A stretch of 64,000 nucleotides of DNA, taken from the NCBI RefSeq assembly GCF_018350175.1, contig NC_058383.1:20462001-20526000 (forward strand). The letters run 5' to 3'. Positions 61,079 to 64,000 of the stretch are shown piece by piece. Numbering within the stretch: position 1 is the stretch's first letter; every line of letters begins with the position of its first letter. Below the pieces are notes generated by a model. That model saw only the letters and a list, made by a program, of their open reading frames with translations, was not told where the DNA came from and did not search any database. Made by a program: the position numbers and the translations under genes. This DNA is from Felis catus (Eukaryota).

Positions 61079-61279
61079 AAAAATGCCCCTCGTAACACCG
61101 TCCAGAAGACGGAATACGTGAGGCTTATCCCTGTGTGGACACCCAGCAGTTTCTTCTCAGCTATGAGTCCTCTGGGATCATTTTCCAAATCTGATGTTTG
61201 CAGAATGATGGGGAATCCTGCATCCCTTTAGGGAGGACTGAAGCCATTTCGCTCCACTGGTAATTAATCAAAGCGAGAG

Positions 61280-61500
61280 CCGACGTTGGCTGAGCGCCCG
61301 CTAAAAGTCCACGTCAGAATTATCTCATTGCATCCCCGCAATAACCCAACCAGGTAGGTACTAATATTAGACATATTTACCGATGACGAAACTAAAGTTA
61401 AGATATTAACACAGAGTAAAGAGGCTCGAGACTGGTAACGCCTGAAGTCAAAGGAGGTATGTTTGGGCCCAAACCCTTTGTTCTAAACCTTTCTGCTAGA
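61280..61500 (-). mobile_element. MIR
   Basis: ATCTCATTGCATCCCCGCAATAACCC..AGGTAGGTACTA..TTTACCGATGACGAAACT. Confidence 0.6.
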
Positions 61501-62359
61501 CTGTCTCTCTAAGTTTTACATAACTGTACTTAAGCATAAGAATCCGAGTTCAAAAGATTCCAGTTATTTCTGTTGTTGTTGTTGTTTTTTTTTTTACAAT
61601 TAAATAAATGCATTCACCCTCTTCTTTGGAACCTGTTACTTTAAGCTACATATTTCATGGAGCACAGAGTGATGAGTTTTGTCATGAAGCTCTACCCACG
61701 TTCCCTCTGTCTCTGGATGGAATTCTAAAATATAATATGAAAGGCAGACGGAGACAAACCTCCTGGGATTTCTTCTAACAACCTATTCATAAATCTATTA
61801 TTATGCATAATAACTTTGTCTTTATTAGCTTTGCAGTTGCCAATAATTTTTTGCATTATTTAGAAGATTTTTTCAAATGAGTTTTATTCTCCAAACGAAT
61901 CGCTTAGTCTCCATTTAATCTCTGAGAGATTCAGACAAGTGAATGATGGCACCATTTTCAGTTACCCAGCATCCCTTCCCTTTTTCCTAATGAAAGCCCT
62001 TGGATTTTACTTTGGAAAATTATGATTTCTCTTTGCAATTTGGGTAGAACTGCGATAAAGATGCCATGCGTTGTCTTGGCCAAACGGGGGACATGGCCAC
62101 AAGGAAAACCTTAAGGACCCTCTTCCTTGGACCTCCGTGGGGGGTGGTCAAGGTCATAAGATGGCTGCGTTGATTCCTGTTCATGGTAGTGGCCTCAATC
62201 GACTTTGCACTTTACCTGGACCCTCAGGGCTTCCCAGATCCACCCGCTTTGTGATGTTTACTTTTTCACTTCGTGGTTCAAATTCGTGGGTCATCTTAAT
62301 CACTTCCAATAGATTCTCCCTCCCTTCAAGCTAGCCACGATTGACTCGTGTCTCTCTTT

Positions 62360-62757
62360 TTTTTCCAAGTTTTTATTTAAATTCTAGTTGGTTAACATAC
62401 AATATTGTATTCGTTTCAGGTGCACAGTTTAGTGATTCAACACTTCCATACATCACCAGTTGTTCATCACACAAGTGCTGTCCTTAATCCCCATCACCTC
62501 GTTCACCGTTTCTCCCCCTCCACCACCCCTCTGGTAACCATCTGTTTATTCTCTATAGTTAAGAGTCTGTTTCTTGGTTTGCCTCTCTCTTTTTTCCCCC
62601 GATGACTCCTTGTTTTATTTCTTAAATTCCATATGAGTGAAATCTTACAGTATTTGTCTTTCTCTGACTTACTTTGCTTAGCATAATACTCTCTAGCTCC
62701 ATCCATGTCATTGCAAATGGCAAGATTTCGTTCTTTTTTATGGCTGAGTCATATTCC

Positions 62758-62791
<34 letters not shown>

Positions 62792-63095
62792 CGTATATAC
62801 AACTTCTTTAGCTATTCGTCAGTCAATGGACATTTGGGCTCTTTCCACAGTCCGGCTATTGTAGATAACGCTATGAACACTGGGATACATGTATCCCTTT
62901 GAATCAGTATTTTTGTATTCTTCAGGTACATACCTAACAGCGCAGTTCCTGGATTGTAGGCTAGCTCCATTTTTAACTGAGGAGCCTCCATACTGTTTTC
63001 CAGAATGGCTACACCAGTCTGCATTCCCCCAACACCTTTCTCCACATCCTCACCAACACCTATTGTTTCTTGTGTTGTTAATTTCAGCCGCTCTG
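62360..63095 (-). mobile_element. L1 3' region (carnivore type)
   Basis: TTTATTTAAATTCTAGTTGGTTAACATAC..TTAGCATAATACTCTCTAGCTCCATCCATG..GCAAATGGCAAGATTTC..TCTCCACATCCTCACCAACAC. Confidence 0.9.
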
Positions 63096-63819
63096 TTTCT
63101 TAAGACCAAGGGTTCCCAACTGAAATATTACCCAAAGCACATTAAAAGATACTCATCACGGTACTCTTCATAACAGCAAAAAAAACCAAGGAAACACCTC
63201 ACGACATGAGAATAGTTTAAGTAAACGAGGGTTTGTTTATTCAAGTCAAGTGTTCTAAAACCATTCAAATTGGTGATAGAGATGTGTAATTACTGACTTG
63301 CAAAATGGCTATAACATCCTATTAAGTGAGAAAAGCAAGTTACAGAGCAATACGTATATGACCCATGATATAATATCATTATACACCAGCATATTAATAA
63401 TGACCATTGCCGGGTAGTGGAGTTATGAAGGTTATATCGCTTGCCTGTATTTGCTGCCCTTTCTTCAATAAATCTGTGCTCTTCAGAGGAAGAATATGAC
63501 TTTCATTAATGCTCATCTGATCAAATAGTAAATTTTTTCCAGAGGGATTTTTAAGTCACAGATCTAGGAAATAAAAATGAGAAACCCAAGTACATGGTTC
63601 CTGAGTTTCAGTAAAGCAACACGAGATTTCCATGGGACTAGATTCTTACTCTGCTTCCCCTGTGTTCTGCAGCTCAAATTATGAGCCAAATCAAAAGCCA
63701 TGAAAAGTGCTTGAGAGAAAAGTATCAGTGGCTTAAAGAAGGGGAAAAAGCAACTGGTCAGCTTTATCACAAATTGGATTATGATTAGTTATCCTTTATA
63801 AAGAGTCAGAGTTATAGAG

Positions 63820-63950
63820 AGAGGAAAATCACTGAACCGGAGTCAAACGAGATGGGTTTTCACCCATCTGGTTAGTGTCTGTCACTAACCAGCTTTATGT
63901 CACTGGGCAAGTCACTACCCTTTTAGTTCTGCTCGTATTAAAATGAGAGG
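63820..63950 (+). mobile_element. MIR
   Basis: GGAGTCAAA..CTGGGCAAGTCACT..AAAATGAG. Confidence 0.6.
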
Positions 63951-63955
63951 CAGAG

Positions 63956-64000
63956 GGGCGCCTGGGTGGCGCAGTCGGTTGAGCGTCCGACTTCAGCCAG
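63956..64000 (+). mobile_element. Young felid CAN-SINE (cut by the window end)
   Basis: GGGGCGCCTGGGTGGCGCAGTCGGTTGAGCGTCCGACTTCAGCCAG. Confidence 0.92.

Noticed and set aside
3319..64000. Recurring ORFs such as GQRETEHERGRGRERGRHRIGNRLQ and MAQSV...SSSPASGS
   Set aside because: Translations of CAN-SINE copies, not a gene family.
713..64000. tRNA-like A/B boxes (TGGCTCAGTCGG, GTTCGAGCCC)
   Set aside because: These are SINE heads followed by CT tracts and A tails, not tRNA genes.

Overview
Eukaryotic, almost certainly felid (cat-family) genomic DNA. It looks non-coding (intergenic or intronic) and is repeat-rich. I find no supportable protein-coding exon, rRNA, true tRNA or CRISPR array; the ORF track mostly reflects SINE and microsatellite read-through. 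The window holds about 35 tRNA-derived CAN-SINE copies, about 10 of them from one very young, near-identical subfamily with clean target-site duplications (TSDs). It also holds old and young L1 fragments, L2, MIR, L3/CR1, MaLR/ERVL LTRs (one apparently with retained internal sequence), hAT-type MER elements and several long simple-repeat tracts. Candidate regulatory DNA: a CpG-rich edge at 1-500, a CpG-retaining, motif-dense LTR segment at about 30.7-31.0 kb, and a repeat-free, enhancer-like block at about 54.6-55.4 kb. The most unusual structures are a perfect 86-bp spacer-less palindrome in a mixed GATA/TATC tract, a roughly 150-bp diverged local duplication, a twin-primed inverted L1, multi-layer nested insertions and a 1-kb pyrimidine tract. 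I see no evidence of a new biological system. Old-repeat family names come from recalled consensus sequences and their boundaries are approximate; confirm with RepeatMasker/Dfam.
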